Source: an uncultured Alphaproteobacteria bacterium
Lineage (GTDB): Bacteria > Pseudomonadota > Alphaproteobacteria > HIMB59 > GCA-002718135
Length of the DNA: 64,000 nucleotides
Reading direction: 5' to 3'
NCBI GenBank assembly: GCA_902628835.1
Contig: CACOPD010000001.1
Coordinates: forward strand, 185,715 to 249,714
The position numbers and the translations under genes are program-made. Below are positions 50,864 to 60,000 of the stretch, piece after piece; position 1 is the first letter of the stretch; each line of letters starts with the position of its first letter. Below the pieces are notes generated by a model, which was given only the letters and a program-made list of their open reading frames with translations, was not told the DNA's origin and did no database searches.

Positions 50864-51960
50864 GCAAAAGTTTTAAATATGGGATAATAGGCGCTGGATC
50901 AATGGGTCGCGAACATATCAGAAATGTCAATATAATTGATAGAGCAGAAATTGTTGCTTTAAGTGATCCAAATAATGAATCAATTAATCAATCTTTATCG
51001 TTACTTAATAAAAAAGTTCCATGTTTTACAAACTATAATGAAATGATACAAGCTGATCTTGTTGATGGGTACATAATCTCTACTCCCAATTTTACTCACA
51101 TAGATGTATTAAAAGATGTAGTTAAAACAAAGAAACATATCCTAGTAGAAAAGCCGTTATGTACAACAATTAAAGATTGTATCGAATTCAGAGATTTAAC
51201 TAAAAATTATCCAGGTTTAATTTGGACCGCAATGGAATATAGATATATGCCCCCTGTAAAAAGAATGATTGATGAAATTCATAATAAAACAATTGGTAAT
51301 TTAAAAATGTTATCAATTAGAGAACACCGATTTCCTTTTTTAGTTAAGGTGAATAACTGGAATCGATTTGCAGAAAATACAGGAGGCACATTAGTTGAAA
51401 AATGCTGTCATTTTTTTGATCTAATGAGGTTAATTGTGAATAGTGAAGCGAAACAAGTTTATGCAAGTGGCAATCAAGATGTTAATCATTTAAATGAAAA
51501 ATATAACAATAAAACTCCTGATATTCTTGATAATGCCTATGTAATTGTTGATTTTCAAAATGGAGTTAGAGCTTTGCTTGATCTCTGTATGTTTGCTGAA
51601 AACTCAACAAATCAAGAGGAGTTATGTGCAGTTGGAGATATCGGTAAAATTGAAACTGCTGTACCTTCAGCTAGTTCAGGTAAAAACTCATCTGAATTAA
51701 GGATTGGATATCGAGGAAGAAATTTTGAAAATGGAAAAACTCTTAATGAGCTTGTGGAAGTTGATGAAGAGATTTTAAAAGTAGGAAATCATCATGGCTC
51801 TACATATTATGAGCATATTTCATTTCTTGATTCTATTAAAAACTCTAAACCAGCTGCTGTAAGTCTAAATGATGGTTTACAAGCAGTTGCTATTGGTGAA
51901 GCTGCCGAAATTTCTATAAAAGAAAATAGAATTGTGAGAATGGATGAATTTAAAATTTAA
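50860..51960 (+). CDS. Gfo/Idh/MocA-fold protein; probable NAD+-dependent sulfoquinovosidase (GH188/SqgA-like)
   Basis: GAGSMG, EKP, MEYRY, REHRFPFLVKV, EKCCHFFD, GNHHGSTY; sulfonate gene context. Confidence 0.82.
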   Translation: MSKSFKYGIIGAGSMGREHIRNVNIIDRAEIVALSDPNNESINQSLSLLNKKVPCFTNYNEMIQADLVDGYIISTPNFTHIDVLKDVVKTKKHILVEKPLCTTIKDCIEFRDLTKNYPGLIWTAMEYRYMPPVKRMIDEIHNKTIGNLKMLSIREHRFPFLVKVNNWNRFAENTGGTLVEKCCHFFDLMRLIVNSEAKQVYASGNQDVNHLNEKYNNKTPDILDNAYVIVDFQNGVRALLDLCMFAENSTNQEELCAVGDIGKIETAVPSASSGKNSSELRIGYRGRNFENGKTLNELVEVDEEILKVGNHHGSTYYEHISFLDSIKNSKPAAVSLNDGLQAVAIGEAAEISIKENRIVRMDEFKI

Positions 51961-51962
51961 AA

Positions 51963-52886
51963 TTAAGAAAAAAATTCGTTTGTTTTATTCATAATAAACT
52001 CACTTACTCTTGTATTGGATTCTTCTGTAACTCCTGCATTATGAGGTGATAAAATACAATTCATATCATTTGTAATACTTTTTAAAAATATTTTGTTTAC
52101 TGGCTCATGTTCATAAACATCTAATGCAAATCCTGAAATATAATTATTATTATATGCTTCAAGAAGATCAATTTCTTTTATAATTCCTCCCCTAGAAGAA
52201 TTAATTATAATTGGCTTATTATTCATTTTTTGAAATATTTTTTTATCAAATAAATATTTCGTTTCGTTATTTAATGGTACATGTATAGAAATTATATCAG
52301 CTAAATAAAGAATATTTTCAAAAGTTACTTTTTTAACATTATTTTCTTCCATTTCTTGAGAGGTTATAAAAGGATCAAATGCAATAGTAGTAACTTCAAA
52401 AGCATTTATAAGCTTTAAAACTTTTTTTGCTATATGACCAAATCCTATTAGTCCTAAAATTTTTCCCTTTAACTCATTCGTAGTAATTGACGTTCTAGGC
52501 CATTGTCCACTTTGTGTTTTTGCATTTATTAACTTTGTTTTCTTTAATAGGCTAAGTGAAGAGCTTATTACATATTCTGCTACAGAGTCAGCATTCATCC
52601 CAGTAGCTGGTTGAACAAATATATTATTTTGTTTACAGTATTCAGTGTCAATATTATCTAGACCTACACCAAGTCTACCAATGTACTTTAAATTTTCTGC
52701 TTTCTCTAAGATAGATTTATTTAAATTTGTTTTATTTCTTACAATTATTCCATCAAATTTATTAATTTCTTTTTTTAAATAATTAGAATTTTCCCAAATA
52801 TCTTTTTTATAGATTACATTAAAATCTTTACTTAATATTTTTAATGCTTCTTGATCTATAAATTCTGTAATTAAAATATTTATCAT
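51963..52886 (-). CDS. D-2-hydroxyacid dehydrogenase family; probable (S)-sulfolactate dehydrogenase (SlcC-like)
   Basis: ILITEFID start, VRNKT, GRLGVGLDNID, GFGHIA, SPHNAGVTEESNTRVS; same operon as comDE. Confidence 0.75.
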   Translation of the reverse strand: MINILITEFIDQEALKILSKDFNVIYKKDIWENSNYLKKEINKFDGIIVRNKTNLNKSILEKAENLKYIGRLGVGLDNIDTEYCKQNNIFVQPATGMNADSVAEYVISSSLSLLKKTKLINAKTQSGQWPRTSITTNELKGKILGLIGFGHIAKKVLKLINAFEVTTIAFDPFITSQEMEENNVKKVTFENILYLADIISIHVPLNNETKYLFDKKIFQKMNNKPIIINSSRGGIIKEIDLLEAYNNNYISGFALDVYEHEPVNKIFLKSITNDMNCILSPHNAGVTEESNTRVSEFIMNKTNEFFS

Positions 52887-53791
52887 TTAATTTTACTAAT
52901 TTTTATTTTTTTTGAAAATTTATTAACTAAACTAATTGTAGGTATTGAATATATGCCCCCTCTTTGCATACATTTTAAAGTTGCAGCAGCAGATGCAAAA
53001 ATAATACTTTCTATATTTGATTTATTTAGAGATAAGGCTGATGCGAAAGCTCCATGAAATACATCTCCTGCACAATTTGTTTCAACTGTTTTAACATTTG
53101 GAATTTTACAGTGATACAATGAATTGTTATCTACCCAAAGAACACCTTGGGAACCTATTGTAACTGCTACAAATTTTTGTGTTTCATTAAATATTTCAAA
53201 AAGAGCAGTTTTCATATTTGAATTTCGCTTATATGTTTTTAAACCCTCTTCAGAAAATATGGGATGGGAAGCATTTTTAACAATTTGAGATATATGTGAT
53301 GTTTTTTTAAAATTATCTAAATCAGCAACACATTTAATATTATTTTTGTTAGTCTTTTTGGCAATTTGAGTAGCTATTCTAATCCACCTCATATCTACTG
53401 CATAAATATCTTTTTTTCTAAAATCTAAATTTGGTATTTTCTTATAATTAAGTAACTTTGGATCATTATAAGCAGCTAGCAATCTTTCACCATTTATATC
53501 TTCAATTACAAAACTTTGGGAAGATTTACATTTTTTTATTGAAATAGATTTATTGATATTAATTTTAAATTTTTTAAATTCATTTTTTAAGAAAACAGAA
53601 GTGTCATCATCTCCAAATTTTCCAATAAATTCAGTATCACATCCCAATTTTTTAGCAGTAAATGCTGATACTGCTGCCGAACCGCCTAACCTTTTATCAA
53701 TACCTTTAGATAAAACTTTAATTGGTTTTTTTGGAAACTGATCTATCCTACTTATATTATCTAAAAATATTGATCCTACACAAATGATCAT
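52883..53791 (-). CDS. PfkB kinase; probable sulfofructose kinase (YihV-like)
   Basis: CVG..LD, FIGKFGDDD, KSSQS, DMRW, FSEEGL, AGDVFHGA and LKC..GG match E. coli YihV as recalled. Confidence 0.78.
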   Translation of the reverse strand: MIICVGSIFLDNISRIDQFPKKPIKVLSKGIDKRLGGSAAVSAFTAKKLGCDTEFIGKFGDDDTSVFLKNEFKKFKININKSISIKKCKSSQSFVIEDINGERLLAAYNDPKLLNYKKIPNLDFRKKDIYAVDMRWIRIATQIAKKTNKNNIKCVADLDNFKKTSHISQIVKNASHPIFSEEGLKTYKRNSNMKTALFEIFNETQKFVAVTIGSQGVLWVDNNSLYHCKIPNVKTVETNCAGDVFHGAFASALSLNKSNIESIIFASAAATLKCMQRGGIYSIPTISLVNKFSKKIKISKIK

Positions 53792-53801
53792 AAATATTTA
53801 T

Positions 53802-54371
53802 TTAGAGGTATTTAACTATACCTATAAACTTTCTAAATCTATCTCTGATCGTTATAGGGTTTAGAGGAATTGGATCAATTTTGACATTCCCAGAATTAAT
53901 TTTAGAGATAATTACGTAAGAATTATTTTGATCTTCAATAGCTTTTGATAATTCATTTACTGTTTCATCTCCAGAACATTCAACTACATTTTTACAACCA
54001 GCGCCTATTGCAACATCTTTTAAAGAGGTATTTTCATCAGTAAAAGTCCTTTGATCTCCTGTTGATCCATATGATCCATTATCAATAATTAATAATGTAT
54101 AATTTGATGGTGCTCTATTACCAATTGTTGCTAATGTATTCATATTCATTAAAACAGATCCATCACCATCTATACTAATAACATGTTTGTTTTGAGATAA
54201 TGACAAGCCCAAACCGATAGAAGAAGACAAACCCATACTGCCTAACATATAAAAAAAGTTTGGTTGATCATTAATTTTATATAATTCTTGAGATGGAAGA
54301 CCTATATTACAAATAACTAAGTTATCTTTAAGAATATTTTGTATTTTATTTAATAAGTCAAAGCGGTTCAT
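53802..54371 (-). CDS. comE: Sulfopyruvate decarboxylase beta subunit
   Basis: NIGLPSQELY, YMLGSMG, TPP motif GDGS...N, DNGSYGSTG. Confidence 0.85.
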   Translation of the reverse strand: MNRFDLLNKIQNILKDNLVICNIGLPSQELYKINDQPNFFYMLGSMGLSSSIGLGLSLSQNKHVISIDGDGSVLMNMNTLATIGNRAPSNYTLLIIDNGSYGSTGDQRTFTDENTSLKDVAIGAGCKNVVECSGDETVNELSKAIEDQNNSYVIISKINSGNVKIDPIPLNPITIRDRFRKFIGIVKYL

Positions 54372-54868
54372 TTATCATCTTTCATTAAATTGAAATCACA
54401 TAATATAGCAACTGGTGACTCAACAACTTTAGCATGTTTGCTAAATGTTGAAATTTTCTCAAGATCATTTTCTGAAGAACAATGCAACATAGGTATTCTT
54501 AAAGTTTGTAAAATATCTTCAGTTATTTTAGCCATTCCACCTTGTGCTCCTACTGGCTCACCTGGTGTACCTCTGTAACTAATTAGAAATACAACAGGCA
54601 TTTGATATAATTGTAATAAAGAAACAATTGCATTCACTGAATTTCCTATTCCTGTATTCTGCATCATTATACAAGGGAATTTGTTTCCTAAATAAGCTCC
54701 AGCACAGATACCCATACCTTCTTCCTCACGTGGTACAGCAGAATAGTAAACATCCTTATCTTTTTCAAGAATATCAATCATGTTAGCTAATAACTTACAA
54801 GGAACACTTAAGTAAAAATCTACACCACCCTTTTTTAAATTATCGATAATTTTTTTACTGATTTTCAT
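54368..54868 (-). CDS. comD: Sulfopyruvate decarboxylase alpha subunit
   Basis: SVPC, REEEGMGICAG, MQNTGIGN, SYRG; ATGA-coupled to comE. Confidence 0.85.
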   Translation of the reverse strand: MKISKKIIDNLKKGGVDFYLSVPCKLLANMIDILEKDKDVYYSAVPREEEGMGICAGAYLGNKFPCIMMQNTGIGNSVNAIVSLLQLYQMPVVFLISYRGTPGEPVGAQGGMAKITEDILQTLRIPMLHCSSENDLEKISTFSKHAKVVESPVAILCDFNLMKDDK

Positions 54869-54914
54869 TTTTTTTGATGTCTATAGATATAAAATGATTA
54901 AACAATAAATTAAT

Positions 54915-55967
54915 TTATTTAAAATCATTTCTTAATTTTATTTTAGTGTTTGAAGTATATTTTTCACCTTTTTTTAATATAGTTGATGGAAAATTTGGTT
55001 GATTAATAGCATCGGGGAAAATTTGTGTCTCTAAACACATTCCATATTGTAAACCATAATTTCTATCATGTTTTCCGTTGTATGACTCCTTCATCATGTT
55101 ACCGGTATAAAATTGTATTCCAGGTTGATCAGTTGAGTATTCTACTCCCATGCCGGTACTTTTACTATAAATGGAAGCTATAGATTTATCAATTGAATGA
55201 TTTTTAAGAACATAATTATGATCGATCCCACCACTGTCTAAAAAAGTATTATTTATTTCAAACGAATTATTTAGATCATATTTTGTATTAACTACATCTA
55301 ATAGCTTGCCTGTAGGGATTGAGCCTTCATCAGTTTCACAAATTTGACTAGATGATATTTTAACAACATGTTCTGTAATATTTTTGTAATTATCTTTATG
55401 ACCATGAAAGTTCCAATAATTATGATTAGTTATATTAACAATAGTATCTTGATCTGTAGTAGCATGAAAAGAAATTAACATTTCGTTGTTATTATTTAAC
55501 TCGTAAATAGTTTTACAATCTAAGTTGCCAGGATAATTTTCTTCTAAATGATTAGAATAGTAAGTGAGCTCTACTTTTATGCTGTCACTTTTTTTATTTA
55601 TATTAGCTATTTGCCAAATCTTTTTATTGAAACCTTCTTTTCCACCATGAAGATGATCAGGAGCTGTGTTAGGATATAAATTATAATCCTCCCCATTAAG
55701 ACTAAATTTACTTTGCCCTATTCTATTACAAACTCTTCCAATAATTGAATTGAAATATCCATGAGCTTCCAGGCAATCATCTAAATTACCATAACCTAAT
55801 AATACGTCCTCTGTTTCAGAGTCATTAGAAGAAGTTGGAATACATACTTCACTTATATAGCCACCATATGTATAAAAGCTAAAACTGTAATTATTTGAGT
55901 TAATAATATTGACTATATCAATATCTAAACCTTTATCATTTTGAAGTTTGGTAATTTTATATTCCAT
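54915..55967 (-). CDS. Aldose 1-epimerase (GalM-type mutarotase), candidate SQ mutarotase
   Basis: IGRVCNRI, HLHGG, TNHNYWN, QFYTGN, CLETQ. Confidence 0.9.
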   Translation of the reverse strand: MEYKITKLQNDKGLDIDIVNIINSNNYSFSFYTYGGYISEVCIPTSSNDSETEDVLLGYGNLDDCLEAHGYFNSIIGRVCNRIGQSKFSLNGEDYNLYPNTAPDHLHGGKEGFNKKIWQIANINKKSDSIKVELTYYSNHLEENYPGNLDCKTIYELNNNNEMLISFHATTDQDTIVNITNHNYWNFHGHKDNYKNITEHVVKISSSQICETDEGSIPTGKLLDVVNTKYDLNNSFEINNTFLDSGGIDHNYVLKNHSIDKSIASIYSKSTGMGVEYSTDQPGIQFYTGNMMKESYNGKHDRNYGLQYGMCLETQIFPDAINQPNFPSTILKKGEKYTSNTKIKLRNDFK

Positions 55968-56866
55968 TATGTTTTTCTTAATCTTTGAAAATTATTTTTT
56001 CTTTGTTGAAGATAAATGATTAATCCACCTAAAACTATGAAAAAAGTACCTGGAAAGAGTTGGTCAACTGGCCATTCTGCAAAAAATATCCAACCTAAAA
56101 TAAGTGCAAAAAATATTTCAATGTAATCAAATGGCATAATTTTACTAAGTTCTGCTTTTCTAGCACCGTAGATTAATAATAAAGTTCCAGATCCTCCTGC
56201 AATTCCCATAACACAAACTAATAAGAAATCATTTATACTTTTAAAATTTTCCCACATACCAAAAAACATTACTAACATACATGCAACTATGATTGTCCCT
56301 GTTTGACCATATAAGTTAATAAGTGGTGAAGGAACATGATACTGAAAACTTAAAGAAGTTACCCTTGCTAACGAATATCCTAAAGCAGCAAGTATAGGAA
56401 GTAGTAGCATATAATTAAAATCTGATGACCAAGGTTGCATAATTAAAACGATACCTGCAAAACCAGAAATTACTGCACTCATTTTGTACCAACCAAATTT
56501 TTCACCTAGTATAGGAATAGCAAGAAGAGTAACCATCATAGGTCCTGTGTATTCCATGGTAGCCACTAAAGCAAATGGGAGGTAAGCATAAGAAGTGTAG
56601 AGACACAATTGTGCCAAGGCTACAAAAACTCCACGAAATAATCCTAGCTTCCATTGTGTTATTTTTATTTGTCTACCGTTTCGGTGCCAATCTTGTGAAA
56701 AATATAGAGCAATAACACATGGGATCATCCCAAATAAATTTCGAAAGACAGAAAGTTGAGCTGCTGGATAGTCATTTCGCAAAAACTTTATCGCAATGCC
56801 CATACAATCTAATAAAAATAGACCTGAGAGAGATAGAATTACTGCAATTAATAAATTGTTCTTCAA
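55967..56866 (-). CDS. DMT/EamA family transporter
   Basis: About 10 TM segments, LGEK, PFDY; TTG start overlapping the upstream TGA. Confidence 0.87.
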   Translation of the reverse strand: MKNNLLIAVILSLSGLFLLDCMGIAIKFLRNDYPAAQLSVFRNLFGMIPCVIALYFSQDWHRNGRQIKITQWKLGLFRGVFVALAQLCLYTSYAYLPFALVATMEYTGPMMVTLLAIPILGEKFGWYKMSAVISGFAGIVLIMQPWSSDFNYMLLLPILAALGYSLARVTSLSFQYHVPSPLINLYGQTGTIIVACMLVMFFGMWENFKSINDFLLVCVMGIAGGSGTLLLIYGARKAELSKIMPFDYIEIFFALILGWIFFAEWPVDQLFPGTFFIVLGGLIIYLQQRKNNFQRLRKT

Positions 56867-57855
56867 CTACAATTTGCACAACATTGATCAACCCAATGTT
56901 CTGGTTCAACCTCTATTAAACCCATTTCAGTTTTACCATTCCTGCAATTATCACATGGATTAGGACATCTTGTTCTAAATACACAACCTGAAGGAGGATT
57001 TAGTGCACTTGGTATCTCACCTTTTAGTTCTATCGCTCTTGATTTATTTTCTGGATCTATTGAAGGAATGGATGAGAGTAATGCTTTTGTGTATGAATGT
57101 TTAGGATTTTTAAATAATTTTCTTGATGGAGCCATCTCAACTATATGCCCTAAATACATTACAGCAACAATATCACAGACGTGAGCAACTACACTTAAAT
57201 CGTGACTGATAAATAAGTAAGTAAGATTAAGTTCATTTTGAAGTTGTTTTAAAAGATTTAATATATCTGCTTGTATTGATACATCTAATGCAGCAACACT
57301 TTCATCTGCAACAATAAATTTAGGATTGCTTACTAAGGCTCTTGCTATTGAAATACGCTGCCTCTGACCTCCAGAAAAGGCATGGGGAAATCTTCTTAAA
57401 TGTTCAAGATTTAATCTACATTTAGATGCTATATCTCTAACTCTATCATCAGTCTCTTGCCTTGAATTAGTTATTCTCATAACTTCTAAAGGTTCAGCAA
57501 TAATATCTCTGACCGTCATTCTTGGACTTAAAGCTGCATAAGGATCTTGAAAAATTAATTGTGCTTTTTTTCTATATTCTTTTAAATCTTGTTTATTGAT
57601 ATTTGTTAAATCATAATCTCTTTCATCATCATGAAAAATAACGTTTCCTGAACTAATTTTATTAGCTCCAAGTATTGCTCTTCCTAATGTTGTTTTTCCA
57701 GATCCTGATTCGCCGACTAATCCAAAAAATGATCCTTTTTTAATTTTTATATTAATATTGTTTACAGCATGTATTTTTTGTTTTTTTGAAATAAAGTTCT
57801 CTTGATAATCAAAATTAACTGAAACATTATTTACTGATATTAAATTCTCACTCAT
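56863..57855 (-). CDS. Peptide-type ABC ATPase (OppF-like)
   Basis: GESGSGKT, PHAFSGGQ, HSYT, Cys-rich C-terminus. Confidence 0.95.
   Translation of the reverse strand: MSENLISVNNVSVNFDYQENFISKKQKIHAVNNINIKIKKGSFFGLVGESGSGKTTLGRAILGANKISSGNVIFHDDERDYDLTNINKQDLKEYRKKAQLIFQDPYAALSPRMTVRDIIAEPLEVMRITNSRQETDDRVRDIASKCRLNLEHLRRFPHAFSGGQRQRISIARALVSNPKFIVADESVAALDVSIQADILNLLKQLQNELNLTYLFISHDLSVVAHVCDIVAVMYLGHIVEMAPSRKLFKNPKHSYTKALLSSIPSIDPENKSRAIELKGEIPSALNPPSGCVFRTRCPNPCDNCRNGKTEMGLIEVEPEHWVDQCCANCS
56901..56985. repeat. 85-bp exact direct repeat, copy 1 (3' end of the OppF-like gene)
   Basis: CTGGTTCAAC...TAAATACACA identical to 57896-57980. Confidence 0.95.
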
Positions 57856-57857
57856 AG

Positions 57858-58838
57858 CTAACCACAATTAATACAACATTGATCGACCCAGTGTCCTGGT
57901 TCAACCTCTATTAAACCCATTTCAGTTTTACCATTCCTGCAATTATCACATGGATTAGGACATCTTGTTCTAAATACACATCCAGAAGGTCTATCTAATG
58001 GACTTGGAATATTTCCAGGAATTGGTCTTAAAGGTGCATCTAGATTATTTACATCAGGAAGCGCTTCCAATAAGCCCTTTGTATAAGGGTGCTTTGGGTT
58101 TTTCAAAATTTTATTCACCGGTCCTTTTTCTACTACACTCCCAAGGTACATAACTGCAACATCATCTGCAATTTGAGCTATTACACCTAAGTCATGTGTA
58201 ATAAAAATAACACCCATTTGATATTCTTGAATAATATCTTTTATTAAATTGATAACTTGTGCCTGAATTGTAACATCTAAAGCAGTAGTAGGTTCATCAG
58301 CTAATAATAGTTTTGGCATTGTAGATAATGCCATAGCAATCATCGCTCTTTGACGCATACCTCCAGATAATTCGAATGCATATTGATTAAATCTTTTTTC
58401 AGCATCGGCAATTCCAACTCTTTGAAGCATATTTATAGAAATTTCTTTAGCTTCATTTTTATTAATATCTTTATGTATTAATAACTGCTCAACCATCTGA
58501 GAACCAATTTTTATTGCTGGAGCAAAACTCGCCATAGGTTCTTGAAATATCATTGATACTTTTCCACCTCTTATTTTTTTTAAATCATCCTTTGAAGTAA
58601 ACCTTAAGACATTTTCATCATCTAAAATTATTTCAGCATCATTGTTATAATTTGTATTACCTGGATTTAATTGCATAATTGCTTTTGCTGTAACTGATTT
58701 ACCAGATCCAGACTCACCAACTATACCGAGTACCTTGCCTTGATCTAATGATAATGAAATATTTTCAACTGCTGTAATTCTACCTTCATCAGTATCAAAT
58801 TTAACATCTAAGTTTTTTACCTCTAATAAGTGACTCAT
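57858..58838 (-). CDS. Peptide-type ABC ATPase (OppD-like)
   Basis: GESGSGKS, ELSGGMRQR, HPYT, Cys-rich C-terminus. Confidence 0.95.
   Translation of the reverse strand: MSHLLEVKNLDVKFDTDEGRITAVENISLSLDQGKVLGIVGESGSGKSVTAKAIMQLNPGNTNYNNDAEIILDDENVLRFTSKDDLKKIRGGKVSMIFQEPMASFAPAIKIGSQMVEQLLIHKDINKNEAKEISINMLQRVGIADAEKRFNQYAFELSGGMRQRAMIAMALSTMPKLLLADEPTTALDVTIQAQVINLIKDIIQEYQMGVIFITHDLGVIAQIADDVAVMYLGSVVEKGPVNKILKNPKHPYTKGLLEALPDVNNLDAPLRPIPGNIPSPLDRPSGCVFRTRCPNPCDNCRNGKTEMGLIEVEPGHWVDQCCINCG
57896..57980. repeat. 85-bp exact direct repeat, copy 2 (3' end of the OppD-like gene)
   Basis: Identical to 56901-56985. Confidence 0.95.
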
Positions 58839-58839
58839 A

Positions 58840-60000
58840 CTACTTTACCTTATGAGGATCAGCAGCATCACGTAATCCATCACCTACGTAAACAAATGTT
58901 AAAATTAATACGACTAAGAAAAATACAGGAATAAAATACCATTGATAATTTAAAAGTACATCTGCCTTGGTTGCATTCTGCAAAAGTACACCTAGAGAAT
59001 TTACGGGTTCTCTCAAACCTAATCCTATAAAACTTAAAGCAGTTTCAGATAATAACATGTATGGAAAACTAATTACTAAATCGACAATAATATAGCTTGT
59101 GAAACTTGGTAATAAGTGCCTTATAATAATATGAGTAGATGATGCTCCACATAGTTTTGCAGCAAGAATATATTCTTGGCTTCTTTCACTAAGTAGATGA
59201 GTTCTTACTCTTCTTGCAAGTGTCGGCCACGAAATTAATCCAAGTAAACATGATATAAAAAAGAAACGCAATTCAGAACTCCATTCTAATGGCGCAAAGG
59301 CAGCAAGACACATAAATAAAGGTATTGGTGGTACCGTTCGAATTGCATCAGTAAACATCTGCAATACACTATCAATCCATCCACCATAATAACCTGATAT
59401 CCCACCTATAATTAGCGATAGTACAAATGATATAAAAACTCCAAGTGTGCCTACAGCTAGCGAAATGTAAATTGCACTTAAGGTTCTACTAAATAAATCT
59501 TTTCCTGCCTTATCTGTTCCAAATATATGGATTCCACCCTCTTCAACACCGAATAAATGAGTATTAAATGTAAAACCTGGAATTTTAAAATCTAAAATCT
59601 TTCCTGGAAGATTTATATTAAAATCAAAAACTTTATACTCCCATCCTTCAACAAAGAAATAAACATATCTTCTTTTTTCAGTATCAACTTTATAAACCCA
59701 TCTGAAATTTGTATCTGCTCCTCTATACTTTTCTAATGTGTGTAGAAATGGTCTAGCTGAAAATCCGTTATCATCCCAAAACATTGGAATTTGAGGTGCT
59801 CCATTTTCATAATCTTTATCTCTTCCTTTAATTGTTGGATCGTAAGGAGATAGAAAATCTGCAAAAAGACTACAAATAATCATAAATAGTAAAATAGATC
59901 CAGCAATCATAGCAGATCTATTTCCAAAAAAGCGTGTTCTTACTAACTGCATCTGCGTTGCAGTATAATAAGCCTCTTTTTTTTGATTACTAACCTCCAC
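58840..60000 (-). CDS. Peptide-type ABC permease (OppC-like)
   Basis: FGTDKAGKD, EYILAAK..G, RHLLP, GDGLRDA. Confidence 0.93.
   Translation of the reverse strand: MEVSNQKKEAYYTATQMQLVRTRFFGNRSAMIAGSILLFMIICSLFADFLSPYDPTIKGRDKDYENGAPQIPMFWDDNGFSARPFLHTLEKYRGADTNFRWVYKVDTEKRRYVYFFVEGWEYKVFDFNINLPGKILDFKIPGFTFNTHLFGVEEGGIHIFGTDKAGKDLFSRTLSAIYISLAVGTLGVFISFVLSLIIGGISGYYGGWIDSVLQMFTDAIRTVPPIPLFMCLAAFAPLEWSSELRFFFISCLLGLISWPTLARRVRTHLLSERSQEYILAAKLCGASSTHIIIRHLLPSFTSYIIVDLVISFPYMLLSETALSFIGLGLREPVNSLGVLLQNATKADVLLNYQWYFIPVFFLVVLILTFVYVGDGLRDAADPHKVK

Noticed and set aside
52883-53791. PfkB kinase as KDG kinase for the uronate pathway
   Set aside because: Lacks KdgK-type N-terminal motifs and matches YihV motifs (KSSQS, DxRW, GDVFHGA)
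53802-54868. Coenzyme M or phosphonate biosynthesis
   Set aside because: No comA/comB or PEP mutase nearby; neighbours are catabolic and transport genes
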